Source: a virus
Lineage: Duplodnaviria > Heunggongvirae > Uroviricota > Caudoviricetes
Direction: 5' to 3' (one strand)
Length of the DNA: 46,086 bases
Virus record (IMG/VR): IMGVR_UViG_3300028591_000113
Location: 1 to 46,086 of that record
A program made the translations under genes and the position numbers. Below, one piece after another: positions 13,801 through 24,832 of this stretch. The notes below the pieces were generated by a model. The model worked only from the letters and a program-made list of their open reading frames with translations, did not search any database and was not told where the DNA came from. Each line of letters starts with the position of its first letter. The stretch's first letter is position 1.

Positions 13801-15536
13801 GTAGCGCCTTGTGAACGTTCTGCAATTTCTTGTAATTCAATAACACGTTCATAATCACTCATCATAGCAATTAAACGTGATTGTTGACGAGTACCGGCTA
13901 AAGCCTTAGCAATAGCAGCTTGTTGGTTTGCATTTAATTCATCTCACTTTCCACCGAGTTCATTTAAGACTTCTTCAGTAGAACGAAGTTCACCATTATT
14001 ATCTCTTAACGCAATACCAATGTATGCTAATTGACTTTCAACATTGTTGATGTCAGTATCACCACCAAGAGTTTCACCATAGTCGCTTAATTCACGCATA
14101 CGTGCAATAACTGTTTTTAAAGCAGTACCAATAGTTTCTGGTGCTTCTCGTGTGGTTTCAATACCTTTTGTTAAAAGGGCAGTTGTATAATCGATTGACA
14201 TACCAGCAAGATTTGCTTGCGCCGCAACCTTACTTAAAGCAATCGCAATTTCTTCATATGAAGTCGCAGCTGATGCAGCAACTGCGGCAAATTTATCGGA
14301 AACTTTCATGGCATCGTCTGCAGAAAGACGGAAACCATTAATAGCAGTAGTTAAATAGTTAATAGAATCTGCAGCACTAATACCAGCAACTTTCGCAGCT
14401 GAAACTGCAGCTTCAGTTAATTTTAAAGATTCATTAATACTACGACCTTGACGTAAGAATTGAGTCATAGTACTAGAAACTTCTTTTGTAGTTGTACCAA
14501 GACGTGAAGCCATATCTTGATAGTCTTTTAATAAGCCATAAGTTTGTTTACGTGTCAAACCAGTAACCATGGCTTGTTCTGTTAAAGCACGGTCAATTTC
14601 TTTAATAGTTTTAACCGCTTCATGCATAGCCTTTTTAATAGTACGATATGCAATAGCATAAAGTGAAAATTGCTTTAAAACACTTCCTAAAGAATTAGAT
14701 TGTTTATTTAAAGCTTTTGTTGTATTTTCTATTGCAGCCGCATTTGTAGCAGAATTTTCTTTTTGATTTTCTTCTGCGTTGGCATTTAATTGATTATTTG
14801 TTTGTACTAAAAAATCTTTTTGTAAATCTTGAGCTTGAGCAACTTCTGGAGCAGCTTGAGAGCTACTTTGTTCTGTTGCAATTTTACTGTTAATCTCATT
14901 AATCTTTGTAGCAAGATCTGAAAGTTCTTTGTCTAATTGTTTAACGTCTTCTTTAATTTTAAATTCTTCATTAATAATTTCTTGAAGAGTTTTCTGAGCA
15001 CGTTCATAATCTTGTTGAGATTTAAAAACACCTTGTCAAGTGCCTTGGTCTTTTGCTTTTTCAACATTAGTACGTAATGTTGCAGGGTCTACGCCTTGTC
15101 GACCATTGGCATAGTAAATATTGCCTTGTGCAACCGTTTTTCTGGCTCAAGTATCTTTTGAACTTAAATATCCTTTTTCATCAACTCTACTTTGTAAATT
15201 ACTACGTAATTCAGTGCGTTTACTTTGACTTGTAGTAAGTTTACTTAAGTCACTATAAAGTTGTTTTAAATTCTTTGAAACATTGCCAGATTCAAGTCCA
15301 AATTTAATAATAGCTTTAGTTAAATCATTAAATTGTGCACGAGCAGAAGAAATTTGTTGTGAATTCTTTGGATTCATTGCTTCTAAGAAATTTTCCAAAG
15401 ATTTCAACATCGCATCAATTTCTTGTTTCTTTTTTGGATTAGACTTAAAAGCGCCTTTATTATCTAAAGACTCTACTAAACCTTTAGCTTGCTTAACGTC
15501 CGCTTGAAGATTGACTTTTAAATCTATATCTGCCAT
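10848..15536 (-). CDS. Tape measure protein, 1562 aa (code 4)
   Basis: Six ORF-track fragments join in frame through 8 TGA. TP901-type TMP core (LTEQAMVTGLTR...AVSAAKVA...AEEIAIALSKVAAQA...IGTALKTVIARM), long Ala/Gln-rich helices and a hydrophobic segment. Confidence 0.92.
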
Positions 15537-15547
15537 ATTTTACCTCA

Positions 15548-15880
15548 TTAATCTTTAAGATTCTTAAAAATCTCTAGATTTTGTGCAATTTCTTGATTTT
15601 CTGTGCCAAATAGTGTGCCTAATTGGTCAAATAAACTATTAAGTTTTTCTAATGAAAGACCATCAATAGTCTTTTGGATATTTCTACCTAAATCTCTTAG
15701 TTGTAAAGCATAAAAGATTTTGGTTTCTTTAATAACCTCTGCTAAAGGTTTTTTAGTCTTTTTGTAGAAGTCGCTTGTTTTATATTCTTTTTCAAAAGCC
15801 GCAGCTTTTGTAACCATTTCGAAATAATTATCTTCTTTAATAATTTCTAATACTTTTGCTTCTAATTCAACATTATCCAT
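15548..15880 (-). CDS. Hypothetical protein, possible tail assembly chaperone (110 aa)
   Basis: Clean ORF with SD GGAG immediately upstream of TMP. Confidence 0.6.
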   Translation of the reverse strand: MDNVELEAKVLEIIKEDNYFEMVTKAAAFEKEYKTSDFYKKTKKPLAEVIKETKIFYALQLRDLGRNIQKTIDGLSLEKLNSLFDQLGTLFGTENQEIAQNLEIFKNLKD

Positions 15881-15899
15881 AAAAACTCCTTTCGTCGAA

Positions 15900-16595
15900 T
15901 TAATCTAATATCATGTAATCATCTTCAGTTTCAATAACATTAAATGTTAAATCGACTGCATTAAGATTTCTATTAAAATACAAACTCTTTTCACTTCTAA
16001 GTCCTGCTTTTTGAACGTGTATATATGCAGGTGCAGTATTTTCATCAGTATTGCCTTCGCAAATAAAATCTAATGTGTAATAAGTATTTGTCGGGCTAGT
16101 AAGATGTAAACCTTTTTCTGAAAGAGTTCCGTAAACAATTAAATAAGACTTATTTGGAACTAATATAATTTCACTTGGATTTACCTCACCATAGGCCTGT
16201 ATCATTTCCTCTGTTTCGTCATAAATAAATACTTGATAAATTTTATCTTCAACAGTTGAAAGGAAAATATGACCGTCATCACTTGATTCTACTGATTCAT
16301 AGTGAGTTCTTAAACCATTTTCATAATCATTAAAAAGCATTCCTAACACTTTATTTGTTAAATGTACATTACTCACTTTAACCTGATTAAGAATAGACTG
16401 ATTAAAGTTTAATTGTCTATGCTTTTCGCCATCACGCGCATTTTTCTCGACATCATTAAATGTCATTGAAACTGCGACATCTTTTAAAATGGTATAAGGT
16501 TCATTACTATATTGAGTAGTTACATCACCAATAGTAGAAGGAACAAAACTACGAATTACACAAGTAACTTTATTTCCAATTTGATAGGTCTTCAT
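15900..16595 (-). CDS. Hypothetical tail-module protein (231 aa)
   Basis: Clean ORF with SD GAGG and an upstream promoter; function inferred from position only. Confidence 0.7.
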   Translation of the reverse strand: MKTYQIGNKVTCVIRSFVPSTIGDVTTQYSNEPYTILKDVAVSMTFNDVEKNARDGEKHRQLNFNQSILNQVKVSNVHLTNKVLGMLFNDYENGLRTHYESVESSDDGHIFLSTVEDKIYQVFIYDETEEMIQAYGEVNPSEIILVPNKSYLIVYGTLSEKGLHLTSPTNTYYTLDFICEGNTDENTAPAYIHVQKAGLRSEKSLYFNRNLNAVDLTFNVIETEDDYMILD

Positions 16596-16618
16596 TTACA
16601 TACCTCTAATACAATTAT

Positions 16619-16647
16619 ACTATAACTTCTAAAATCAAAATTAGCAA
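16619..16647 (-). promoter_or_regulatory. Putative promoter TTGCTA-N17-TATAGT restarting tail-gene transcription
   Basis: Hexamers with a 17-nt spacer directly after the nrdG terminator. Confidence 0.5.
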
Positions 16648-16655
16648 GTATGGGC

Positions 16656-16685
16656 AAAAGAAAAGAGAAGATTATATCTTCTCTT
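16656..16685 (-). terminator. Rho-independent terminator after nrdG
   Basis: AAGAGAAGAT/ATCTTCTCTT stem followed by TTTCTTTT on the minus strand. Confidence 0.7.
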
Positions 16686-17145
16686 TCTGAAATAGATATG
16701 TTTTATTAACTCACATGCCGTTCTCGCGAACATAATAGATTTGGTTTGTTGTTTTGACATTGAGTGGTCCTGCAGCCGCAATATAAGGACCGACTTTGTA
16801 TATATCAAGCCATGGCTCGATAATACTATTCATTTCTTGTCTACCGCTATACATTGCTCATTTTAATTTAGGAAAGTCTTTCTTTCCTTGTTTAATTAAA
16901 TCAACAATGTCTTGGTAATATCTATCACCGCCCATAAAACATAAGCAAGTGATATGCGGATGCTTTTTGATAAGTCCTGCCAAAACATCATAAGTGAGTG
17001 TGTCACCGCAATCCTCTCTAAGCCAAGGTTCGAAGCAGCCTTCGCAACAACAAGGGCATCCAGAGATATTTAAGCATAAACTGATTTCATCTGGTACTTC
17101 TGTAAAAGTAACCAAAGTACTTTCGTATTTTATTCTATCGAACAT
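16672..17145 (-). CDS. nrdG: Anaerobic ribonucleotide reductase activating enzyme (radical SAM), 157 aa (code 4)
   Basis: EVPDEISLCLNISGCPCCCEGC radical SAM motif and CFMGGD. Read-through of 2 TGA restores the C-terminal YSG...KVGPYI...GPLN...TTNQ block. Confidence 0.92.
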
Positions 17146-18997
17146 AGTCTAATTTATTATATGCTCTTAAACCTTCTTCTATTTGTCTGCCCGCTGGGAA
17201 TGCGCTGACTCTCTTTAAATAACCAATAATTCTTGTTCCGTAGTCGATATTATGGCTACCACATTTTGGACAGTGATTATGAGTATGTTTACTAATGAAA
17301 CCGCAATCATTACAGATTGTATTTTTAATGTTGTAAGTAAAATAATTACAACCTTCTTCTACTGCGACGTCCATTAACATTCTATATTGAGCTTGAGTTA
17401 AGTGTTCATCTAAATTATTATGTAAGGCACTACCACCATCACAACAGCCTGTGAAATGCGCACCTTGATAACGGAACTTAATGACTGGGTCACAATTTTC
17501 ATCTTCTACAATATAGAAGTAAGAATTGTAACAATCACGTGGAACTTTATATCCATCTTTTTTATCCCATTTTGCGTTCTTGAGACCAAGATTTTCCGCA
17601 GGAACGAACTCTGTATTGAATTTACAGTGAGGTGTGCGTGCGGCCGCATTCAAGTTTTTAATAGTTTCAAGAATGTCTACGGCATATTGTTTATATTGTT
17701 CATTGTCTGGGTCAATAGGAATACCAAGATATTCTGCGCCTTCAACGAAGCCATTGATACCAATAGTTAAGTATTGACGGTCGAGATCAATAAAGCCTGC
17801 GCTGAAAATTGTAAGTAATCCTGCTCTGTAAGAATCCCAAATAATTTCATTAAATGCGGTTAAATATTTATGAACACGATTAACAATAGAAGTAATATAT
17901 TCACTCAATGGTTCTTTAAATATATCAAGTGCGTTATCTCTGTGCCAATCTTGAACAATACGGTTTAGGTTAAGTGTAATAACACCTTTTGAACCTGTTT
18001 CAATACCACCTGCACCAAGAGTATAAGAGAAGACATTATCTTCAATACCATTTCTTAATCTGCAGCAAGATGATAATGAGTCAACACTATCACTTTGATA
18101 CATAAAGAATGAAGCGCCTTCTGCCCACATTTTACAACAGAAATCTGCCATTTCTTCATCAGCATATTTACCATTGACTGTGTGCATATTGACTGTTTCA
18201 ACAGGGAAAGTTAATAAATCTTTAAGACGTTCTTTATTGAACCAATCCATAAAGAGTTTTTGAAGCTCTTTTGTTGTTTCCCAACATGGTTCATCAAAAT
18301 CTGGGAATACGAAGTCTTTGAAAATAGATTTGAAATAATCATGGTCAAAGTATGCGATATTTCAGAAAATAGATTGATAACCACGAGCACCTGCTGGTTG
18401 GTTAACAGTATAAACTATTTGTGAAAAGTAATTATAGAGTTTTTCGCGCATAGTGATAAGATGACCATTTAAATCTTCAACGACATCATCAAGTCTAAAG
18501 ATATAGTCATTACCATAGTCAATACGTGCGAAATGGTCAAAGTATGTGAGAAATTCTGGTGTTGCGGTTGCACCTGCAAATTGTCCTGCGACAAGGAAAA
18601 CTAGGTTAATAAATGCGCCGCAGAAGGATTGAAGGTGTTGTGGAGCAGTGGAATTTCCACCTACTTTTGTAAGTCCATCTAAAAGGAATGGATAAAGTGA
18701 AATACTACAACAGTAAGGAAAGATGGAAGTTTCATCATGTTTATAAATGATGTGGTGTGCTAAATCTTCTTCATATTGATTAGCGAGTTCTTCTCCATAC
18801 ATTTCTGTAAGTTTCCTGCGCATTAATTCACGATTGAGTGCAATCATGTCTTTCTTTGGAAGTTCAGCAGACATAGTTGCGATATTTTTGTTTGCTACGT
18901 TAGCATTTGCATCTACTTCACTACCAGTTGCCGCATTTTGTGCAGTGCGATATTTTTCAATAAATGCAATCTTGTTTTCAATAGTGTCTGGTTTCAT
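17135..18997 (-). CDS. nrdD: Class III anaerobic ribonucleoside-triphosphate reductase, no ATP cone, 620 aa (code 4)
   Basis: Two ORF fragments joined by one TGA (QSIF-W-NIAYFD). Motifs LSSCCRL, TIGING, EFVPAENLG, CNDCG...CPKCGS and glycyl-radical loop RIIGYL. Confidence 0.95.
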
Positions 18998-19209
18998 TAT
19001 TCTTGTTCCTTGAGCCATTTAACAGCTTCGGGCATAGTTAAAAAATTACCGTTTACTTCCAATATCGGTAAGGAATTGAAGCCTTTCGCCGCAAGGGCTT
19101 CAGTGTCATGTAATTCATTATATTCTATATTATGCTTGCCAAGCTCCATTTTGAGCATACGACATTTTGGACAAGTCGGTGAAGAATATAGTGTGATGCT
19201 ATCTTTCAT
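18997..19209 (-). CDS. Glutaredoxin/NrdH-like redoxin (70 aa)
   Basis: CPKC active site, SLPILEVNG; stop/start overlap (TAATG) with nrdD. Confidence 0.88.
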   Translation of the reverse strand: MKDSITLYSSPTCPKCRMLKMELGKHNIEYNELHDTEALAAKGFNSLPILEVNGNFLTMPEAVKWLKEQE

Positions 19210-19241
19210 ATTCTTTTTCTCCTTATAGCCTAGTTAATTTA

Positions 19242-19270
19242 AGTATATTGAGTTTTGGAAAAGAAAGCAA
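19242..19270 (-). promoter_or_regulatory. Promoter TTGCTT-N17-TATACT for grx-nrdD-nrdG
   Basis: Hexamers with a 17-nt spacer between the terminator and the grx SD. Confidence 0.6.
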
Positions 19271-19272
19271 AT

Positions 19273-19297
19273 AAAAACCCTAACCCGAAGGTTAGGG
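19273..19297 (-). terminator. Rho-independent terminator after major tail gene
   Basis: CCCTAACC-TTCG-GGTTAGGG followed by TTTTT. Confidence 0.85.
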
Positions 19298-19318
19298 CCG
19301 ATTAGTTCAATTTATCTC

Positions 19319-20080
19319 TTATTCGCTAACGAGAGCTTTTGGGTCAATAATTGAATAGAAGACTCCATGAACAACAGCTTTGCCTGCAGCATTACCTTCT
19401 TTAGTAGAAACTAAAATATCTGTTGTTAATAAGTCACCATTCATATCAAAGACAGTTGCGTCGCCTTCAGCATCTTGTGTAAGATTAAAGATTGAATCTG
19501 GTAAGAATTGGTAAATAAGAATCTTAGCTTTGACTTGTTGGCCACTCTTTTGATCAATAAAGAATGTATCACCAATAAGAGTTTTTGGACCATTGAAGTC
19601 TTCAGTAACATGAAGTGCCCAAACACCTTTAGATGCATCTGTACTATAATCAGGACCAAAAGTACCTGATGCTTTAGATTCAGAAACTGTACCAGTAAGA
19701 GCATCTAATGCTGCTGCATTACCAAGTGCATCTTGCATTTCAAGTCTTGCAGATTTACCAAACTTAATTAATGGATTAGAATATTGACCACCTGTAACTG
19801 TTTTTGTTGGTCCTTCTTGAGACATATTAGAAATTTTTAATGTGTCTAAGTGACAAATTTTTGCTGTAGAATCTGCTGCAATAATTTGTTTGCCAATTTC
19901 ATCAGCTTGTAAACCGATCCAAGCAGCATGTTCTTGATCTGTTGTGTCAGTAAGATTGAACTTGCTTGTATCGTAAACGTCAACATTCATAACAGTGACA
20001 ACACCAAAACGTTCAATCATTCCTTGGAATGAAACGTCAGAGCCACCTAATCTAGAATACATTAAATTGGTTGAAGCCAT
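19319..20080 (-). CDS. Probable major tail (tube) protein, 253 aa
   Basis: Strong SD, biased codon usage typical of high expression, own terminator, position between head-tail genes and TMP. Confidence 0.7.
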   Translation of the reverse strand: MASTNLMYSRLGGSDVSFQGMIERFGVVTVMNVDVYDTSKFNLTDTTDQEHAAWIGLQADEIGKQIIAADSTAKICHLDTLKISNMSQEGPTKTVTGGQYSNPLIKFGKSARLEMQDALGNAAALDALTGTVSESKASGTFGPDYSTDASKGVWALHVTEDFNGPKTLIGDTFFIDQKSGQQVKAKILIYQFLPDSIFNLTQDAEGDATVFDMNGDLLTTDILVSTKEGNAAGKAVVHGVFYSIIDPKALVSE

Positions 20081-20097
20081 ATTATATGTTTACCTCA

Positions 20098-20826
20098 CTA
20101 TTTTATAAAGAAATCCAATTTCTTGCCTTTCTTTACATTGCCTGCCGCATATGCTTGCGCATTTACCTCATAAGACACGGCTCCAGCGGCATACTTTTGG
20201 AGCCATTGAATTTGAGCCATTGTTTGATTAAATAAATAATCAATAGTAATGGAAGGAAACGCATACGTAATTGCCAAGAACGCTTTCATTAATCCTTCCT
20301 TATCATGAGAGGCTTGAGATTTAATCTTTCTGATTTTCTCTTCTTGTTCTTGTTGAGCCAAATACAATTTACGAGCTTCTTCGGAGTCAAAGACGGGAGG
20401 TTGCACGACTTTTTCTCCACAAGATAATCTTAACAAATAGAGGATATGATCTCAAATATCAGTAGTAATAGTAATACTATTCACTTTTAACTGTTGATTT
20501 TGATAATCAAATTCAATATTTGGTATTCACTTTTCTAAATACTCTTTATATTGTTGACTTAGTTCAGAGTATTCTTGATATTGCGCCGCATCAAATACTA
20601 TTAGTATAATCATATCTAAAGAAGTTTCAATCTTCTTATAATAATATTTTTGAGCATCTGCTGGAGTTCGAGTTCATAAAAAGAAAATATTACTTCATTT
20701 AGTATCTTCGTATAAATCTCGAATAATTGGAACTTTTATTGAAAAAGTTTGTTTCTTATCTATTACAATTTTAATTTCTTTTTTAGCAAATAATTGTGTA
20801 ATTGAATAATTATTTTCAATAATCAT
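20098..20826 (-). CDS. Hypothetical structural-module protein, 242 aa (code 4)
   Basis: ATG overlaps the previous TAA; reads through 4 TGA into ORF 20098-20436. Confidence 0.7.
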
Positions 20827-21347
20827 TAGATTTCCACCTTTCTTGGGTTTTGATCATTGAAACCAATAATTACCGCATAAGCAAAACGGAATTCAGATAG
20901 CATTGTGTGTGCAAAGCTCTTTACTTCAATTTTACCCGCAGTAGATAATTTAAACCCATCAAGTGTAGTAATAACTTCATCTAATAATTCTAATAAACGA
21001 TTTTGATTATCATCTATAAGTAAATGTTGTTCATCAGTGCTCACATAAATTTTTAATGAAACATTTGTATTATCATCTTGTGCACCAAAATAACAATTAT
21101 CTAATAAAACAGTAAGAAATGTATTTTTTCATTGATCTTTAATACCACTTTCAACTGGTGCACAAACACAAATATAATGGTCTGCAATTAATTGATTGAG
21201 ACTTACTTTTGGTTTTGGTTGTTTAAGAGCATCAGAATTATCATTATAAAGTAATTTTACAATATTGTCATTTTGTGCTAAGGTTTGCGCGATTTCCATG
21301 ACACATTTCTTAATATTCTTTAATGTCTTCATATTAATCCGCTCCAT
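20826..21347 (-). CDS. Putative tail completion/neck protein, 173 aa (code 4)
   Basis: Joins 21129-21347 and 20826-21044 through one TGA. Confidence 0.65.
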
Positions 21348-22155
21348 AGTAGTAATAAGTTACTACTTCACCATTTTCTTTAACTGCTATTTCTGCCGCA
21401 TCGATACCAAATGGCAAACAGAATGTAACTTCAGTAGCAGTACGTTTGAGAATTTTAATGTTACCAGTAAACTTTAAGTAACCACCTTCAGTAGTAAGAG
21501 TAACTGGAATATTGTGACCAATTTCTTTCTTGTTATCTTCAATAACAATTTCTTCTGTAACAACTTCAGGATTTACACGTGTAACATCAACAATATAACT
21601 ATTAGCATCTTGTGTTTCGTCTTTAGAAACAGTAGAAGCTTGTAGTGAATAAACCGTAACACCAGGATTAGAAATTGAGTCGTACTCTTGGACAATCCAA
21701 GCACGACCATCTAAAACAATCTTATCTTGGTAATCTAAAAAATGCGCTGGAAGTGTAATTTGTGGTTCTTGAGTAGATTCAAGTGCAGTATCTTGTTCAT
21801 TACGAATACCAAGACGTGACTTAAAATAACCCCAAGTAATACCGAGGTCTACATTACACAATAGCGCGAAATATTTATGATAATCAGTATCTTTAATGCT
21901 GATAATTTCTTCGACAATAAGCCAATGTAGAGTATTTACTTCTCAAATGTCTCCTGGTTGGAGAGTGTCATTATAATGAGTGTAGATATAACCTTGATCT
22001 TTTTCTTGTTTTGAAACAACTGCGGCATGAAGTTCTATATCATCTTTATGAATGATAGCCGAATTGTAAGCATTAAAAATAAACTGCGCGTTGTAGTGTT
22101 CATTCGCAGAGTCACGACGACGTTGTTTATTTTTAAAGCGTTCAAAACTATTCAT
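21334..22155 (-). CDS. Putative head closure/head-tail joining protein, 273 aa (code 4)
   Basis: Joins 21943-22155 and 21334-21861 through one TGA (PGDI-W-EVNTLHWLIV); position. Confidence 0.65.
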
Positions 22156-22663
22156 CTTCGTTAATATCTCCTAGAGAAGCTTTCTTTTCTTCGTTAACAC
22201 GACTGTAACGATTTTCTAATTCTCTTGCATATGCGCGATATTCAGCCATGAGTTTCATGTTCTTTTCTGTTGCATTGGCGCGAGAATAGGATTTGATATT
22301 TTGGTCTGTATATAATTCTTCAAAATTATCGGCATTAGAAATCTGCATTTCAGCCCAATATACCTTCATCCACGCAATAATGATTTCAAGTTCAGCGTAA
22401 GATAAATCATTTTCAAAATAAGCATGAGGGATTGCATCTGGATAGTCTTCCAAATCAACTTCCTCTACTTCATTATTCTTGTTTCTTATTGCGTGGAATA
22501 CAGTATAGTCTGTAGGAATTTTAGGAAACTTAAATGCTGCTACGGCACGACGTGCAAGATTAAAACATTCTTCATCCATATCATCTTGTGAAATGAAGCC
22601 ATAATATTGACCACGAATTGTGGCTCTAAATGGAGGATATAACACTTCGTCCCAGTATTGCAT
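22148..22663 (-). CDS. Putative head-tail adaptor, 171 aa
   Basis: Clean ORF after the capsid cluster; product inferred from position. Confidence 0.6.
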   Translation of the reverse strand: MQYWDEVLYPPFRATIRGQYYGFISQDDMDEECFNLARRAVAAFKFPKIPTDYTVFHAIRNKNNEVEEVDLEDYPDAIPHAYFENDLSYAELEIIIAWMKVYWAEMQISNADNFEELYTDQNIKSYSRANATEKNMKLMAEYRAYARELENRYSRVNEEKKASLGDINEDE

Positions 22664-22679
22664 AATTAATTATCTCCTA

Positions 22680-23186
22680 TTATTCTTCGTCTGCCATTTC
22701 TCCATCAACACCGTCAATGACGAGTTGAATTCCAAATCTTTTTTCAAGTACTTGAATGACGTTTTGTGAAAGTTCGCCGCATTTGTTAATGGCAACCGCT
22801 TTAACGCGTTCTTCACCATAGTTTTTAATGGCGTCTTCGATTTTTGTTCTGTTGCCCATCTTTAAAGTTGCGAAAATTAATCCATCGTCAGCTTTTGTAG
22901 CAGGCTTAAAATCAAACTTTTCATCAAACCAATAACCTGCTTCATAAGCGGCCTTTGCTAGACTGTCATTATCATCAAATGAAAAATAGCCCTTCTTATA
23001 CATACCATAAAGAACTGGATCAGCGATAACGCTTAAAGCCCAGGATAATGGTAATGGTTGTTGTGGGGTTCTTTTGGTTAAATGAATTCTTCTTGTAAGT
23101 TGAGGATTTTCAACGTTACGTAAAGTAAACAATACTTCATTCGGACTTGTTTTGATTAAAACGTATTGTTTCTTTTCTTCTGGCAT
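22680..23186 (-). CDS. Hypothetical protein (168 aa)
   Basis: Clean ORF with SD AAGGA. Confidence 0.7.
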   Translation of the reverse strand: MPEEKKQYVLIKTSPNEVLFTLRNVENPQLTRRIHLTKRTPQQPLPLSWALSVIADPVLYGMYKKGYFSFDDNDSLAKAAYEAGYWFDEKFDFKPATKADDGLIFATLKMGNRTKIEDAIKNYGEERVKAVAINKCGELSQNVIQVLEKRFGIQLVIDGVDGEMADEE

Positions 23187-23203
23187 AATATATTCCTTTC
23201 TAT

Positions 23204-23233
23204 AAAAAATGGGGGAGGGAGTTATCCCTCCCC
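23204..23233 (-). terminator. Rho-independent terminator after major capsid gene
   Basis: GGGGAGGGA/TCCCTCCCC stem followed by a T-run on the minus strand. Confidence 0.8.
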
Positions 23234-23259
23234 TTGGACAACTTTATAGTTGTTGTAAA

Positions 23260-24303
23260 CTAGTTACCGCTACCGCTGCCTTCGTCAGCGACTTTGATGA
23301 CAGCGTAGTTGTTAGCCATTGCTAAACCAACACCGATGATCTTGTGAGCTTCCCACTTTTCAGAACCAACAGCGTGTTCGTTCTTTTGGAGATATAATTC
23401 ACCTTTAAGAGCGACTTTGACTGGTTTGGCATCACTTGGGAGAATGAAGACGTATGATGGATCATAGAACCATTCTTTGTTGGAATTATCAACTAAGTAG
23501 TTTGGTAATTCAACGCATTTTGCGCCTTTATAAACTTGGATAAAGCCGTACTTTCTGATATCTTGAGAATCTTCAAGGTTTGGATAACCGCCTGTTGTAG
23601 CAGCTAATGGGTTGTAAAGGTTTTGTAATGAACTGTAGGAACCAAAGATTGATGGAACACCATATTGTTTAACATATGGCATAACTGCATCAATAGCAGC
23701 ACCTAAGTCCGCAGCTGGTGTAACGATTGCACCAGTTTCTTCACCGATTCTACCATAGCCAGCAACTGGAGTACCAGATGCTAAAGCATTGAATACTTCT
23801 TTATAAACGATTTCTTCGAAACCTTCTAAGACGTTGTTATAAAGTTCAGCTAATGTTTGTGTACCGAGGATGATTTCTTCTAATGTGACGTAAACAGCAA
23901 CTGTTTCAACATGTGTTTCTGGTGAGAAGAACTTGTTGGCTAATCTTGCTGCACGATAGATACCACCACGAGCACCTTTGCTAATTGTTAATTTAGCACG
24001 GTTTTTGCCGATTTTTTCGATGTTGAAGACGACTTCAGCATCACGAGCAAAAGTTTTAACTTCTGCAAATCCGCCTAAAACGCTTTGTAATTTCTTTGGC
24101 ATGATTTCATCAACAGATTCTTCGATTAAAGCGAATGCACGGTCTTCGACTGCACGAATTTCTCTTGGAGTTGGGTTTTCACCTAAGCCAAGTTCTTTCA
24201 TGATGCCTTTAACTGCTGCTTCATTAGTGTCTTCTGCTGAGAAATTTGCGGCTGGTTTGCCTTGAAGGGCAGCCATTAAACAAAGTTTTAATTCGTTTGT
24301 CAT
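23260..24303 (-). CDS. Major capsid protein, 347 aa
   Basis: Size, strong codon bias, position after protease/scaffold, own terminator; gene order resembles SPbeta/c-st-like phages. Confidence 0.8.
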   Translation of the reverse strand: MTNELKLCLMAALQGKPAANFSAEDTNEAAVKGIMKELGLGENPTPREIRAVEDRAFALIEESVDEIMPKKLQSVLGGFAEVKTFARDAEVVFNIEKIGKNRAKLTISKGARGGIYRAARLANKFFSPETHVETVAVYVTLEEIILGTQTLAELYNNVLEGFEEIVYKEVFNALASGTPVAGYGRIGEETGAIVTPAADLGAAIDAVMPYVKQYGVPSIFGSYSSLQNLYNPLAATTGGYPNLEDSQDIRKYGFIQVYKGAKCVELPNYLVDNSNKEWFYDPSYVFILPSDAKPVKVALKGELYLQKNEHAVGSEKWEAHKIIGVGLAMANNYAVIKVADEGSGSGN

Positions 24304-24324
24304 ATTCTTTTACCTCTTTCTCAA

Positions 24325-24816
24325 CTACTTACCAATGAATAAGTAGTGTTTGCCAGCGTCACCGTTTGGCATTGTTTCCATATCGAACCAATCATCTGCG
24401 GATTGGCCATCACCGCTCTTAACTTCAACGATCATACCTGCAGCAATAGCTTCTGCTAAACCTTTGTGGTCGGAAGCTTCACCGTCAGCCATGAATTCAT
24501 CGCCTGGGATTAAGAGGACGCAACGTGGATTTTCGTTTTTGAGTTCTGTTGCATAATATTCATCGCCATTACGAACAGTATTTAATGGGTCATTGTAAAC
24601 GATGAACATTGGTTTGCCTTCTTCCCAAGCAACGATACCGTCTTTGGAAATTGTGCAAATTGTGCCGTTTTCAATGAATTTGCCATCTTGAACACAGAGA
24701 TCTGCTTTTGCATCTTCTGCGACTTCCATTTGAGCAACAACGAAACCTGGTAATAAACCTTTAAGATTGTTAGCTTCAATATAATGGAAGGTTGGTAATA
24801 AATCATAAAAAGCCAT
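24325..24816 (-). CDS. Putative capsid decoration/minor head protein, 163 aa
   Basis: ORF with high-expression codon bias between scaffold and capsid genes. Confidence 0.6.
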   Translation of the reverse strand: MAFYDLLPTFHYIEANNLKGLLPGFVVAQMEVAEDAKADLCVQDGKFIENGTICTISKDGIVAWEEGKPMFIVYNDPLNTVRNGDEYYATELKNENPRCVLLIPGDEFMADGEASDHKGLAEAIAAGMIVEVKSGDGQSADDWFDMETMPNGDAGKHYLFIGK

Positions 24817-24832
24817 GTTATTAGTTACCTCA

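Noticed and set aside
2065-15536. Tail genes as pseudogenes or frameshifted fragments
   Set aside because: The breaks checked are in-frame TGAs with no frame change, and joined lengths are multiples of three ending in TAA/TAG.
17135-18997. TGA as Gly (code 25) or selenocysteine
   Set aside because: The contexts are aromatic-type positions (FWNI in this NrdD family, from recall), and about 70 TGAs in tail proteins are incompatible with Sec insertion; alignment needed for final proof.
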